Shown: positions 51,391 to 64,000 of the stretch, piece by piece | Position numbering within the stretch: position 1 is the stretch's first letter | Layout: every line of letters starts with the position of its first letter | Made by a program: the position numbers and the translations under genes | Notes under the pieces: generated by a model | What the model was told of the DNA's origin: nothing | What the model saw: only the letters and a program-made list of their open reading frames with translations | The model's database searches: none | NCBI RefSeq assembly: GCF_006345805.1 | Contig: NC_043007.1 | Coordinates: 56,854,001 to 56,918,000, forward strand | Reading direction: 5' to 3' | Source of the DNA: Octopus sinensis | Taxonomy: Eukaryota | DNA: 64,000 bases

Positions 51391-52724
51391 AACCACCACC
51401 ACTATCACTATCAAAAAGCTACTGAAAAAAAAATGAGCTGCAACAATTTCTGATGAACTTCCAGATATATATTTACTACAATCATCTTCCAGATCTCATC
51501 ACTGGAGTTATATTTTATGTTCCCCAGCTTCAAACCACTTGCTTATAAAATAGACCAGATGAGAAGCAGTACAATGATATCAGCTACAAGACATCACTAT
51601 AATTAATGAAAGTTTTATTAACTTTCAGTGCCAAAGCATAAATCCTAGCATTAATGAACCCTGTAGTGCAATGACGTTCTATCAGTGGAAGATATATCTC
51701 ATTGCTGTTTTCACCTTGCCAAGCTTGCATAAAGAAATCAGTGTAAGTTGCGTCATACCACAAAATTCATTCATTCATTTACTTAACATTCATTTTTCCA
51801 TGTTAGCTTAGGATGGATGAAAACATATTTCAGACAGCATTCTACAACTGGATTCCCATCTTGTCACCAACCATTATCTGTTTTTCAACTAAAGGACTAT
51901 TTTCTTCCAGTCTCCAAAAGCAAAGGATGACCAGTTGTAATGACACTGCTTCAATAAAATAAAAGTAGTAGTTAACTAACAAATAAAATACTGAAAGAAA
52001 ATCCAGCCAAGATATCTCTTCATGTCAGGTTATATAAATTTTCTCAGGCTCACAAAAAAGGATAGGGGCTCCTTTCACAGATCTTCTAAACTCATTACCT
52101 TATGAAAAGAAACTATTTCCTTAAGATAAAATTCCATAAAACTCCAGTTTATTACAAACTGCAGCAGCTGGGATTGAGGCCAGCTTACAGCAAAGAGATG
52201 TTTCTTTCCTGTAGCGTCTTTTTAAAGACGTTTGAGATAGCAAAAGTCAGAACAGATTGCTCTCTAGAAACACAACCATTAAGCCTTTAGCATTCAGATA
52301 ACTCTGCCAAATGCAATGCTTATTTATTCACATTATTTTAATTAATCATGCATTACCTTGTAGCTTTGAGATTTCGATAGTATAATGGTTTATGCTTAGA
52401 ATTACATTGTAGGATAGATGTGAAAGGCTGGCTATCACCAGTTTGAATATTGGCCTGATATGGCCGATTCAAATGCTAAAGGGTTAAATATCATGGTATG
52501 TTACCAATACAGCAAGCCATGCCTAGCATTATCTTTCTTCTTGAGGTCTCTTTATGAACTTAAGATATTTTCTATTCTATTGAAGCAGTTAGGTTTACAC
52601 AAATGTATACTTTGACAATAACAACCAGCTGGTGAATAGGTTATAATCTTGAATACTATAAATTTATAGCCAGTCACATAAAAAAAACAACATAATTAGG
52701 CTTAAAGAAACAATGTTTACTCAC

Positions 52725-52854
52725 TTCACATGTCATCTTTAAATTGTTCAGTTTATTTTCCAAGACTGATATGTTTTCTTGGAATGTAGATTGAAATATA
52801 AAGCAGAATATCCGTTCAGCATAGTCAGGTATTTGATTGAGGTCATGTAAAAAT
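52725..52854 (-). CDS. FMN2: Formin FH2 exon (130 bp, phase 2 to 0)
   Basis: acttttcag acceptor, gtgagt donor; [43 protein letters not shown]. Confidence 0.95.
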
Positions 52855-53335
52855 CTGAAAAGTAAATACACATATACATACATACATACATATACATATA
52901 TATATATACACACACACACACACATATATCATAATCATCATCACTGTTTTGACATCAACTTTTCCATGCTCACATGTTTTGGAGAGAATTTGTTGAGGCA
53001 GGTTGCCTATGGTCAGATGCCCTTCCTGTTGCCAACCCTCACCTATTTCTTAGTTAGGTAATATTTACCCATGGCCAGACATTTTTTTGGAAGACTGGAA
53101 TTGAAGAACACTACCATATGACAGTGACACTTGTTTACGACTATTATGCAATGTAAAGACAAGGAGTCACCAACTCACACATGCATACACAATGGGCCTG
53201 TTTCAGTTTTTGTCTACCAAATCCACTCACAAGGCCTATAATAGAAGACACATGCTCAAGGTGTCATACAGTGGAACTAAACCTGAAACCATGTGGTTGA
53301 GAAGTAAACTTCTTAGCCACACAGCCATGCCTGCA

Positions 53336-53374
<39 letters not shown>

Positions 53375-54622
53375 CCAGAACACAGAGCATAGAGAGACAA
53401 AAATATACATTGTAAAGTATATCTTAAGTGCCCTAAGATCTCATTAAAATAGTTTTGTTTCGTCTAATTTTAGGTATTTGTAAATTTATTTCTAATAAAC
53501 TAACCTGAGCTGGAATCAAAGACAAATGTTTTCTTAAGTAATAATACTTCTATCAGAGGTAAAAAGCAAATGTTTTAGGAGAGAGTATGGTTGTCTTAAT
53601 TATCTCCAAGTACATAATTCATTTTGTTTTATTGACAGTTGAATAATGAAAGGAAAAAAATGACCTAAACAGGATATGAACACAGAACATAAACAGAAGT
53701 AATTAAATACAATGAAGCATTTTTCCAGTACCAATGATATCAAATTATCAGCCATAAGTCTATATAGTAATTTAGTACTAAAGAATATATTTTTTCTTTC
53801 CTATCAAATTGTTTCTAAAGATATAGGCATGGCTTTGTGGCAAGAAGTTTGATTCTCAACTTCACAGTTCTCGGTTCAGTCCCAAGTGTCTTCTGCTATA
53901 GCTCTAGGCTGACCAAAGCCTTGTGACTGGCTTCTTTAGTAGATAGAAACTGTAAGAAGCCCATCATATATGTGTGTGTGCCTTTGTGTTTGTCCCCTGC
54001 AACTGCTTGACAACAGTATCAGTTTGTTTACATCCCTATAGCTTAATAGCACAGCATAAGAGAGCAATAGAATAGATGACCAGGCTTAAAAATGTGAGTA
54101 AAAGGGTCAATTCATTTGACTAAAACCCTTCAGGGTAGTGCCCGAGTATGGCCACAGACCACTGACTGAAGCAAGTAAAACATATCAATATATTTTTTCC
54201 TAAAAGCAGCACAGCCTCTAACCAAAAAGCATAGAGTGTATGATTTGAGTGAGATTTAGCTGTAAATATTAGCAAGTCATGCAAACACATAAAAGCTCCT
54301 TCATGGTTTTGTTTGCCTCTCAACGAGGTTCTAAAACAGAATTTGTAATATTTTAATGAGTACTGACCAAAGTTGGAACCCAGCCATAACGATGATGAGT
54401 ATGTGAGATGCTGATGTTTAATGAAACCTGCAGCATGCATCAGTTCCCACACATAGCTACAATGTTCATACTCCAATGATCCTACTCATGCCCCATCTAT
54501 TCAATCCTAGATACATTAAATCAATAAAAGAAAGTAAGATAAACACAGCTGGAACTGCTGAAGACTACTCAATCAAGGCTAACTTGGGTCTAAATAACAG
54601 CAATTATCATAACAATACATAC

Positions 54623-54702
54623 TGTTCAGGTTTATCAAGGGCCACATCAGGATTCTTTGCAATTCTGTCTTCAATTTTCTGCAATTCTGCTTTCTCACCT
54701 CT
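54623..54702 (-). CDS. FMN2: Formin FH2 exon (80 bp, phase 0 to 2)
   Basis: attttcag acceptor, gtatgt donor; RGEKAELQKIEDRIAKNPDVALDKPE(Q); LDKPEQF is an FMN hallmark. Confidence 0.93.
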
Positions 54703-55385
54703 CTGAAAATATCAATAGTAATGATTTCTTACATAGGAACAAGGCCAGAAATTTGCAGGAGAGAGAATCGACAGTTACATGTGTAACAATAAGTAAGTAG
54801 CGGTATTTCACTGGTATTTATTTTATTAACCCTGGAAGGGCAAACATTAAAAGTTGCATTGTATTTTGTCTGAAATTCAACAACAGCAAATACCTGGGAA
54901 ATTATAACTGAGAATAAATTTTTAAAATATCAAAATATCAAAAATAGGAAAATATATTTTTACACGGATGACAAGGAAGACATTTAAGATATTATAGGAT
55001 TACATGAGCCAGCAAGATATTTACTTCATAGGGTTACAATGACCAGTAGGCACTGGCATGGCTGTGTGAGAAGTTTCCTTCTCAACCACATGGTTCCGGG
55101 TTCAGTCTCACTGTGTGGCAAGTGTCTTCTACTATAGCCTCAGGTTGATCAAAGCATTGTGATTAGCTTTGGTAGTTTGAAACTGAATGATGACCATCAC
55201 GTGTGTGTGTGTGTGCGCGCGCGTTTGTCTTTGCATCTGTGTGTGCGCTCTACCATTGCTTGACAACCAGTGCTGGTTTGTTTACATCCCTGTAACTTGG
55301 TGGTTTGGCAAATGTGACTGACAGAATAAGTACCAGTCCAATGACAGAAACAAGTAAAAGGTAAAAGAAGAACTCAGATACTTAC

Positions 55386-55447
55386 AATCTCATAAAGTGT
55401 TTTTAACTTCTCCAAGTCCATAAGTGATGTATCAAATGAGAGGATAG
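55386..55447 (-). CDS. FMN2: Formin FH2 exon (62 bp, phase 1 to 0)
   Basis: ttatcttacag acceptor, gtaagt donor; (A)ILSFDTSLMDLEKLKTLYEI; frame joins both neighbours. Not in the ORF track. Confidence 0.92.
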
Positions 55448-56792
55448 CTGTAAGATAAAATAGATAATTTATCTAAAAGTTTCCTTGGACAGTTGATAAT
55501 AGCAGAAGACTAACAACACTAAATAATGAATAGCAACGAGTTCTGATAGAGCAGAATTATGGAATGGACCATTGAAACTTATCTAAGTATTTCATTATTT
55601 TTTTTCACTCCAAAACAATGTACCCTGCAAATACACATAAGCATGCACATACATCTATATATGGGATAGAGTCAACAGATGAGATCAAGAGATGCTCAAT
55701 ATAGAACCTACACTCTGAAATCTCCACCAAGGATTAAGTCCATGGGATAAAGAGTGGTTACAAGAGGAATCCAGGTGAGCAGATATGGAGATAATGTTAC
55801 TAGTAAACAAATAAAACCGCTTGGGTAAGATATACAAAATTCATGTATACTTGTAGATTGAGAGAAATCAAAGACTGAAAATTTTCAGTCAATGAATATT
55901 CAAGTATTAGGAAGGGCATCCAGCTGTAAAAACCCTGCCAAAACATAGTCTTCTGCCTGGCCAGCTCCTGTCAAACCACCCAACCCATGCCAGCATGGAA
56001 GGCAGATATTAAACAATGATGATGATGATGATGATGATAATGATGAAATATATAGATATTTATATATTAACAGAGCGAGCTTACACAGTGTATAAAGACA
56101 CAGAAAATATTTTGTATCAAACCCAAGCAGTTTCACTTGTTTATTTACATCACTGACTCCATTACTCTTTACTATGTAGACTTAGCCCTCAGTAAAGATT
56201 TTGGAGTGTAAGTACAAATCATTTGAGCATATCTATATATGTACACATATGCACATACAACTACAGTGAATCCAAGAAACTGTCTTTCAGAAAACAGCCC
56301 TTCATTTATCAGAAGACGGTTGACCTAGGTGTTACATTGTGGGATCAAAGCCAGAACCACACAGTTGAGAGGTAAACTTCTTAACCATACATCCAAGCCT
56401 ATCTTTTATCTTATCTTTTACTTGTTATATTAATCTGACTGTGGCCATGCTGGGGCACCACCTTCAAGGGTTCTAGTTGAACAAATCGATCCTAGGACTT
56501 ATTTTATCTTTTCCTTAAACCTAGTACTTATTCTGTTGGTCTCTTCTGACAAACTGCTAAGTTATGAGAAACTAAACAAATCAACACTGGTTGTCAACCT
56601 ATGGCGGGGGACAAACACACACACATGACAGGCTTCTTTCAGTTTCCATCTATCAAGTCCACTCACAAGGCATTGGTCAGCTGAAAGCTATAGTAGAGAC
56701 ACTTGCCCAAAGTGCCATGCAGTGGAACTGAACTCGGGACCATGTGGCTGAGAAGCAAGCCACACAGCCATGCCTATACCCATGTCCATTTA

Positions 56793-58591
56793 CAGAGTGC
56801 ATAAGATATTTGAGGACAGATTTATGTTTATAGAAAAACAGATATATAATAACAGATAACTTTATTTATCAAAAAATTCTATGAGGATAAAAATAAACCT
56901 TCTTTTCTATAATGTTATTCAATAAAGCCACCTTCAGCTTCAACATCTGCTTCTATATGAGATCTAAATCATCTAAATATTCAAATCAAGTGGTTCATTT
57001 TGGACATTATTCTATGGCAGCTTTAATCAAATCTTTGGTGTTATGTGCGTGTTTATTGATCTCTCTCTCAACAATGCTCCACATGTAATTGTCCAATGGA
57101 TTGAGATCTGGGGAATTAGGAGGCCAAACGTTAGGGGTTATGTAATCATGAAAATTTTCAGTCATCCATTCCTGTGTTACTAGAGCCATGTGTGAGTCTT
57201 ACTGAAACACATATGGCCTTCTATTGCATTCACTGTCTATCCAGGGCTTAACAATTATTTCCAGGACCTCAAAGTAGGCAGCAGAGTTAACTCTAAGGCT
57301 TTGTGGAAAGAAGTAAGGAGGCATCAAATGTCCTTCATTGCTGACAACCCATAAAACCATGACAGTTGCAGGAAATGTTGAATGCATAGCACTTGGAACT
57401 TCAGAATGGTCTGCAAATAAACATGTCACTTCTTCTGTTAACTCTTTGATCTTGGTCGAAGCTTTTCTCATTTGAGAAAAACCAAATCAAATCTTTTTTT
57501 GCTGGATTTTTCAGTTTGTTTAAGAGCCTTTTATATATGATGTAGTAATTTTCTTTTGCTTTTTTGGACAAATTGACCTTTCATCATATAAGACTTATAT
57601 TTGATGTCTTTGTGGACACCATTTCTGACTGTTCCTTCTGACACATGGATATCTTTTACAATTGACCTCATGGACTTTCTGAGATTGTCCATCGAATTGA
57701 ACCAAATTTGATGACTGGCACCCATGCCAACCTTCCTTCATTGGACACTAAACTCTGCATGCGAAGACCTGTTGGAGCAAGTGAAATCAAAATTGAACCA
57801 AATTCGATGACTGGTACCCGTGTCAGTGGAGTGCTAACAGCTCCATCCAAGTGGGATCACTGCCAGAGCAACTGTCTGGCTTCCGTGCCGGTGGGACATA
57901 AAAAGCACCATTTGAACGTGATCGTTACCAGTATCGCCTTACTGGCACGTGAACTAAACATTCGAGTGAGTTTGTTGCCAGTGCCACTGGACTGACTCCC
58001 GTGCAGGTGGCATGTAAAAAACACCATTTGAGCGTGGCCATTGCCACTACCGCCAGACTGGCCCTCATACCATTGGCACGTAAAAGCACCCACTACACAC
58101 TCGGAGTTGTTGGCATCAGGAAGGGCATCCAGCTGTAGAAACTCTGCCAGATCAGATTGGAGCCTGGTGCAGCTATCTGGTTCACCAGTCATCAGTCAAA
58201 TCGTCCAACCCATGCTAGCATGGAAAGCGGACGTTAAATGATGATGATGATGTAATCAATGGTCTGCTGAACTTGTTGGATAAATTCAGGTGTTCTGATG
58301 ATTTCAGAGTGTTTAGAATGCTTTTTATGCTTTGATACTGGTGATGTTTCCAGCTTCAGTCTCTAGCTCCTTACAAACTTTGTAGATGAAAAATCTGGCA
58401 ACTTTTAAAACTCGAGATATTTCTGAATTACTACGCTCAGCCTTTATAACCACAATAACAGCATGCCTCTTCATTTCTTGAAAAAGCTGAAGGTCTGCCA
58501 TTATTATTTTATGGAACAAAGATTATATAGATCATCAAAGTATTCAGCAATGATCCAAAAAAGGTATGCCCTAAAATACCTTAGCACCCTA
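56793..58591 (-). mobile_element. Tc1/mariner superfamily relic (maT/DD37D-like), interrupted by an RTE tail
   Basis: EMKRHAVIV...EISRVLKVAR HTH; VMVLWVVSNEG..MPPYFF; KPWID...RPYVFQ; WPPNSPDLNPLD; degenerate TIRs cagagtgcataagatatttgaggaca / tgccctaaaataccttagcacccta flanked by TA. Confidence 0.88.
57691..58252 (+). mobile_element. RTE 3' UTR fragment inserted into a maT transposon
   Basis: Ends catgctagcatggaaagcggacgttaaatgatgatgatgatg; high similarity to 45868-46250 in the opposite orientation. Confidence 0.9.
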
Positions 58592-60172
58592 TATTTGTCA
58601 ATACTTGTCAACAGAATCAAAACAATATTAGTCAATGACTGGCTGATTTCTCTTCACCATTTAGTCTTTTCTAGTTAACATGTTTTAACCTTTTGACATT
58701 CAGATTACTCTCAAATGTAATGCTTATTTATTCCCATTGCTTTGAATCAATCATTTATTATATTATACTTACATGATTTTGATGATGTGATTATTTATTT
58801 TTAGAATGACATTGCAGGGTTGGTGCAAAAGGCTGGATCTGGTCAGTTTGAACATAAAACAGGTAAAATATTTGGACTTGACATGGCCAGTTTAAATGCT
58901 AATGGATTAATACAGGGAGTATTAAAAAAGTTCACACTCACTTATAATAGTTATTTCCAAAAGGCCTGGATTTGTATACTCCTTTCTGTGAGGTACAAAA
59001 TCCTCAGGTGTGACCTTACTATATCTTCCCAAACACCCCTTGTATTTACCCTTCTACAATCAGTTCACAACATCTCTCCACTCTTCTCACCATATATCAT
59101 CCATCCACAGAGTACTGGCACAGCTGCCATTCCTACATATATCAGCAAATATATTTGATGCCAAGATGTGTTTCCAACAACTTATCTGCAAATTTATAAT
59201 TATCAAGCTGCTAAGGCAGGGAGCTAGCAGAATCATTAACATGCTGGGAAAATTGTTTTAGTGGAATTCCTTTATGTTCTAAGTACAAATCTCATCAAGG
59301 TTGACTTTGCCTTTTATCTTTTGGGGTCAATGAAATAAGTACCAGTTGAGCACTGAAGTTAGTCTATTCAACTAAGTCCCTCCCACAAAATTGCTGGCCT
59401 TGTGCCAAAAATTTGAAACCATTATAATCAGGCTGCTATTTTAAACAATTCTCTTTTATGTTCAATACCAGCAAATACACTCACTATACTTTTAACTAAT
59501 AAGCATGAAAGACTACTTTGATCATATTAACATTCAAACTCTGAATCACTGTCTTTCCTTTTAACTCTTTTGGGACTAAGCTGCCTGAAACCACTCTGGA
59601 TTCTATGATACAAATTCCATTCTTTTAAGTGATCTAAATTAAACCTTACATCAAAATTTTACATTAATCTTTGTTCTAAACACCAGCTAGAAAATGACAA
59701 AGTTAGTTTAATAAGTTCTTAATAACTTTCAAAATCAAATGAAACAAAAGCAGTATATGTCATCATCATCATCAACATTTAGCATCCATTTTCCATGAGT
59801 TAGATGACCTGACAGGAACTGGCAAGGCCAGGGGCCACACTAAGTTCCATAATCTATTTTGGTTTGGTTTCTATGGCTGGATGCCAACCACTTTATACAG
59901 TGTACTGGGTCCTTTTTATTTGGCACCATCACCAGTGTTTGTTACGTGACACCAGCAGCAGTGATTTTTATGTGAACACCAGCACCCACAACAATGCTTT
60001 TTTCGACAGAAATATAATAACAAAAGGGTTAAATGTGATGTTAAACATCATCTGTTGTGATGACTACAATCACAATCATCAAATCTTTTATGGTGTGTAA
60101 ACTTTTCTAGTTTGAAACCTGCATTTCAAGTAATTAACACAGTCATGATACTTAAGATTACAATATATTTAA

Positions 60173-61258
60173 CCCTTTCGTTACTATATTTCTGACCAAA
60201 TTACACCCCTTATGTGTTTCAATTAATTTCTAACGTAATCATAAATTTAGTCTGGTTTCATTAAACAACTATAACTTTTTTATTTATCGATATATTAATC
60301 TGATTTTTGGAAGATAATTTAATGAAATATTCTCAACCAATTCTATACTATAATTTTTGTCACAAAGTGACTCTAATTGTAGGTAGATACAGGTAAATTC
60401 CACAAAATATAAAATTATTAAAATTTTGTTCAAACATCGCTATAGAAAATGGGTTATTAGCTAATATTCAATTGGGTATACAACAAAATTTTACGATAGA
60501 ATTTGTTATTCTGGGTAACTTTCTGATACCCATAATAATATTTATGGCAAAATAGTCTTAATTTCATTTAAGGTTGTGGGAAACCACAAACTATCCTTTC
60601 TTTCGTTTTGTTTACGTTTAGCGTAATGGTTCTTTTTCGCCGTAATGATTTCAAATAGGCTCATTCGAAAAAGTAAATAGAAATAGCCTATGGCTTTACT
60701 CTCCTGGGAAAGTCTGTGGCTTGGTCCAGTTTCTTCAGAAAAATCACCGAAAGAAACAGTTTTTAAATTTTCACTCCATTCAGGTGCCAATTCGTTTTCT
60801 TTATCGCTATCGGAGATCTCAGATTCACTGTTTTCACTTTCGGAAAATGAAACATCAGATTCATTATCAAATACCACATGCTTTTTTTTTTCAGTTATGG
60901 AGTTAGATTTATGAAGGTCTTCAGTAGAAAATCCTTCGAATCCTGACTCGCTGCTTGATATAATGAAATTCGTATCCATTTTTTGTCAGAATTACAAATT
61001 TTGAAAACACAATAGGAACAAATTTCGGAAAAAAATCTCCCAAAATTCATGGAATTAAAATTACACTTCGATTATTGTACAAAACTGTAGTTGAACTGTT
61101 TACGAAGTATAATACGTGTTTTCACGAATGTACTGAAGAGATTTGCTCTGATATTCTCATTTAAATATGAATAGGTAAATTCGGGCGGCTTTGGGCGGTT
61201 TGGTCTCATAAACCAAAATTTTTTTCGGGCGGCTTTGGGCGGTTTGGTAACGAAAGGG
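60173..61258 (-). mobile_element. Internally deleted piggyBac element (1086 bp) with transposase N-terminal ORF 60542-60979
   Basis: TTAA at 60169-60172 and 61259-61262; 12-bp TIR CCCTTTCGTTAC; acidic N-terminus, then GP...YFYLLF...NHYA...W.PTTLNEIK and frameshifted YFAINIIMGIRKLP, typical of piggyBac (DDE_Tnp_1_7-type). Confidence 0.93.
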
Positions 61259-61274
61259 TTAAATAAAAACTCAC

Positions 61275-61362
61275 CATTTTCAATGTCTGCCATTTCCAGT
61301 CGGAGACTAGACAAGAAAATACCAAGAGCTTGAGATCGTTTGGAATCCAGCAATTTTACAAC
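61275..61362 (-). CDS. FMN2: Formin (FMN1/FMN2/cappuccino subfamily) FH2 coding exon, most 5' exon in window (88 bp, phase 0 to 1)
   Basis: ttctccag acceptor, gtgag donor; translates VVKLLDSKRSQALGIFLSSLRLEMADIEN, matching the FMN-type FH2 segment (K-R-S-Q-A-x-G-I) with the conserved actin-binding Ile. The symbol denotes the FMN1/FMN2 co-orthologue. Confidence 0.95.
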
Positions 61363-62249
61363 CTGGAGAATATAATTTCAAGGAATAAAAAATAGCATTA
61401 CAACCAAGGGAATGTAATTTGAAAATAAACAAATTATTATTATGATATAGAAAATACAGAAATTTTTTTTTGCTTTATTTCACAGTTGCATAACTTCTTT
61501 TTCCCCATCATTCACAAATTTAGACGTTTGAATATTGTTGGATCACTTCTTTTTGTTTAACTCAGAATCAGCTCCTTTGAGCAGAGTTATAATCAAAGGC
61601 ATCCCATCCATGACTATATCATATTTATTTTTGTACAGCATAGACAACACTGTCCAACGAACACATCTTTCAAGTGGTAGAATATGATTTGAAGAACTAT
61701 CTATACATTTTCATGATCTATTTCTAGTAGGCCATGAGGATGTATAGTGAGTCCATCAACAGCTATTTAGTCTTTCTTACACCCAGTCATTTAACCTTTT
61801 AGCTTTATTTACTCCCAGCCACATGGCTATGGTGTAGGAGTGGAAACAATGTGGGGACCAAGTAGTCAGAGACATACTGCATGGTGTATATGCTGCAGAA
61901 GAAATCCACTCAGTTTGAGCTAGATTGGAAAATGAATGATAGTGACAAAAGTATTTGTATTATTGTTGTTTACTCCCAGATCAGCCTTAACCAAGCAGGC
62001 TTATAATCAAATGTGATCTTCATATGGTAAAATACAACCTCCTACACTGGTTTTAGTGTTTTAAGGTGATTTTCTTTTTAATCACCAAATTTTGTATGCC
62101 CTGATCAATATTTCTAAAATGTGTTTTTACATTCACTAGATTTGTTGATCACACTTCAAAACCTGGTCCCCAACCTTCCCTAAAGGATCAGTGATTTGTC
62201 TGTTTCCTTATCTATGAGGACTTTGGTCTTTGGCAAATTAACTTTAAGG

Positions 62250-64000
62250 CTCTTTGATTCCAGTCCTTTCTTCTACACTTGAAATTTCTTCTCTTGTTCT
62301 GGTAGTGATTGAGCAAACAAGGTCATCAGCATAGAGGAGCTCCCAAGTACAGCCAGTCTTAAATTCCTGTTATGGCCTGGAGGACCATGATAAACAAGAA
62401 GGGGCCAAAAACCAATCTTTGGTGAACTACCTGCACACTAAATTTTTTGCTATACTTATTGCTGACTCTCACCTTACTGACAACATCCCAGTACATGGCT
62501 TGCACAGCTCTCACCAACCACTCATCTAGCCCTAGTTTCTGCATTGTCCACCAGATAAGGGAGCATGGGACCCTGTCTAAGGTCTTCTCCGTGTCAACAA
62601 AAACCAAATACAAAGGTTTGTTTTTGGCTAGGTACTTCTCCTGAAGTTGCCTCACTAGTAAAATAGCATCAGCGGTGCTTCTTCTTGGAATAAAACCTAA
62701 CTGCATCTCATCTAGGCTAACTCTCTTCTTAATTAATTGAGTGATGACCCATTCTGCAACTTTCATTACCTAGTCCAGCAATTTGATAACTCTGTAAATA
62801 GTTCTGCCTAAGGCATCACCTTTACCTTTGTAGCAGTTCACTAATGATGTTACACCAGTCGTTGGGTATGTCCCTTGTGAACAATCTGATTAACTATATG
62901 GGTGACTTGGCCATGTCCCACATTGCCAGATATTTTGAGCATCTCAGCAGATTCCCTGTCTTCATATACTTAAATGCTTTATCTAAACTACTGTCAGTTC
63001 AGATAGCCAGTTCCTCTGTTGGGTCCACATAAAGAAGGCTCCCCCTCTCCCATGCATTCTCTACATTCAGCAGCCTTTCATAGTGACATTTAGAAGCCTC
63101 TTTCTTCACAGAAATACTAACTGCAAATGAACCATCATCCATGCAAATTTGCTCTTCTTTCTCACAACATCACGGCTTTCTTGGACACACTGTCTTGCAA
63201 TCTGAAACACCTCAAGCCTTTGATCCCCATGCCACAAAACATTGGCAAACTTCTTCCTTGAATAAGTATACCTGTCTCCTAGCTTCTCTTCTAGCTATCT
63301 TATATAGTTCTCTGCTACCACCACACTTCCAGTCCTTCCAGGTCTGTTACTTCACACTAAAGGCCCTGTCTGCTACACTGTTCCACTACCATGTCACCCT
63401 GGAGTCTGTTTACAAATTTGCGCCAGCCACAAATTTGCTCTGTGGCTCTCAGTAAGCTGTCCCATAAGAACTTCCAGTTATCTTCTATGTTGCATGTCTG
63501 CAACTCCTCCTCCTCCTCATTAAATGCTTCATTTAGGATATCCCTAAATCCTTGGCTATTCAAAAGTCCTTAAGTTTCCAAATCTTTCTTTTCCTAACTG
63601 GTCTACTTCTTGGAATCATTCTAGACTGAACGAAGTTACTAATGACTAACCTATGCTGAGGGGTACATTGTTCACCAGGGAAGGTCTTTACATTTACGAG
63701 CAACCATAGATCTCACTTTCTGATGAGAATGTAATCAATCTGGCTAGCTTGGCCTCCAGATTGATATACAATCAGGTGACTGGCTGGCTTCCTGAAGTTG
63801 GTGTTGCAGCTCATTAAGTTATTTACATAACAGAACACCAGAAGCCTTATTCCCTCCACATTACAGGAACCAAATCCATGGCCACCATGCACACTGCAGA
63901 AGACACATGGTTGCTGCCCAACATGTTTATTGAAGTCACCAACCAAGGTCATTGTCATTTGCCTTTGAGGCAGTCTAAAAACAATTCTTTTGTTCATTTG
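62250..64000 (-). mobile_element. Degraded RTE LINE: APE endonuclease C-terminus through RT, running off the window end
   Basis: GDFN...QIDYILIRK APE motifs (63713-63997); RT motifs and LLYADDL near 62330; many stops and frameshifts. Confidence 0.92.

Noticed and set aside
61072-61353. 93-aa ORF as a stand-alone gene
   Set aside because: It is a formin exon read through its donor into the piggyBac end.

Overview
AT-rich, microsatellite- and SINE-dense animal genomic DNA. The repeat landscape resembles octopus/coleoid cephalopod (inference, not a database result). The only host gene found is the 3' part of a formin of the FMN1/FMN2/cappuccino subfamily on the minus strand. It has 12 GT-AG coding exons (61362 down to 6923) that splice in frame into 374 aa of FH2 domain plus a basic tail, followed by a probable non-coding 3' exon. 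One intron is about 31 kb (9354-40332). The introns carry RTE LINE bodies and many RTE 3' tails, an R4/Dong-like RLE retrotransposon remnant, a Penelope-like GIY-YIG remnant, a maT/DD37D-type Tc1-mariner relic, an internally deleted piggyBac next to a splice donor, TTAA-flanked MITEs, fold-back elements and three SINE families. The most notable hidden structure is a set of at least six hammerhead-ribozyme-like motifs of four sequence types. Two sit in a tandem 320-340 bp repeat with retrozyme-like architecture (17159-17822), and a near-intact one is at 35607-35673. Also notable are a near-identical templated inverted insertion, a pre-miRNA-sized hairpin and a possible alternative formin tail.
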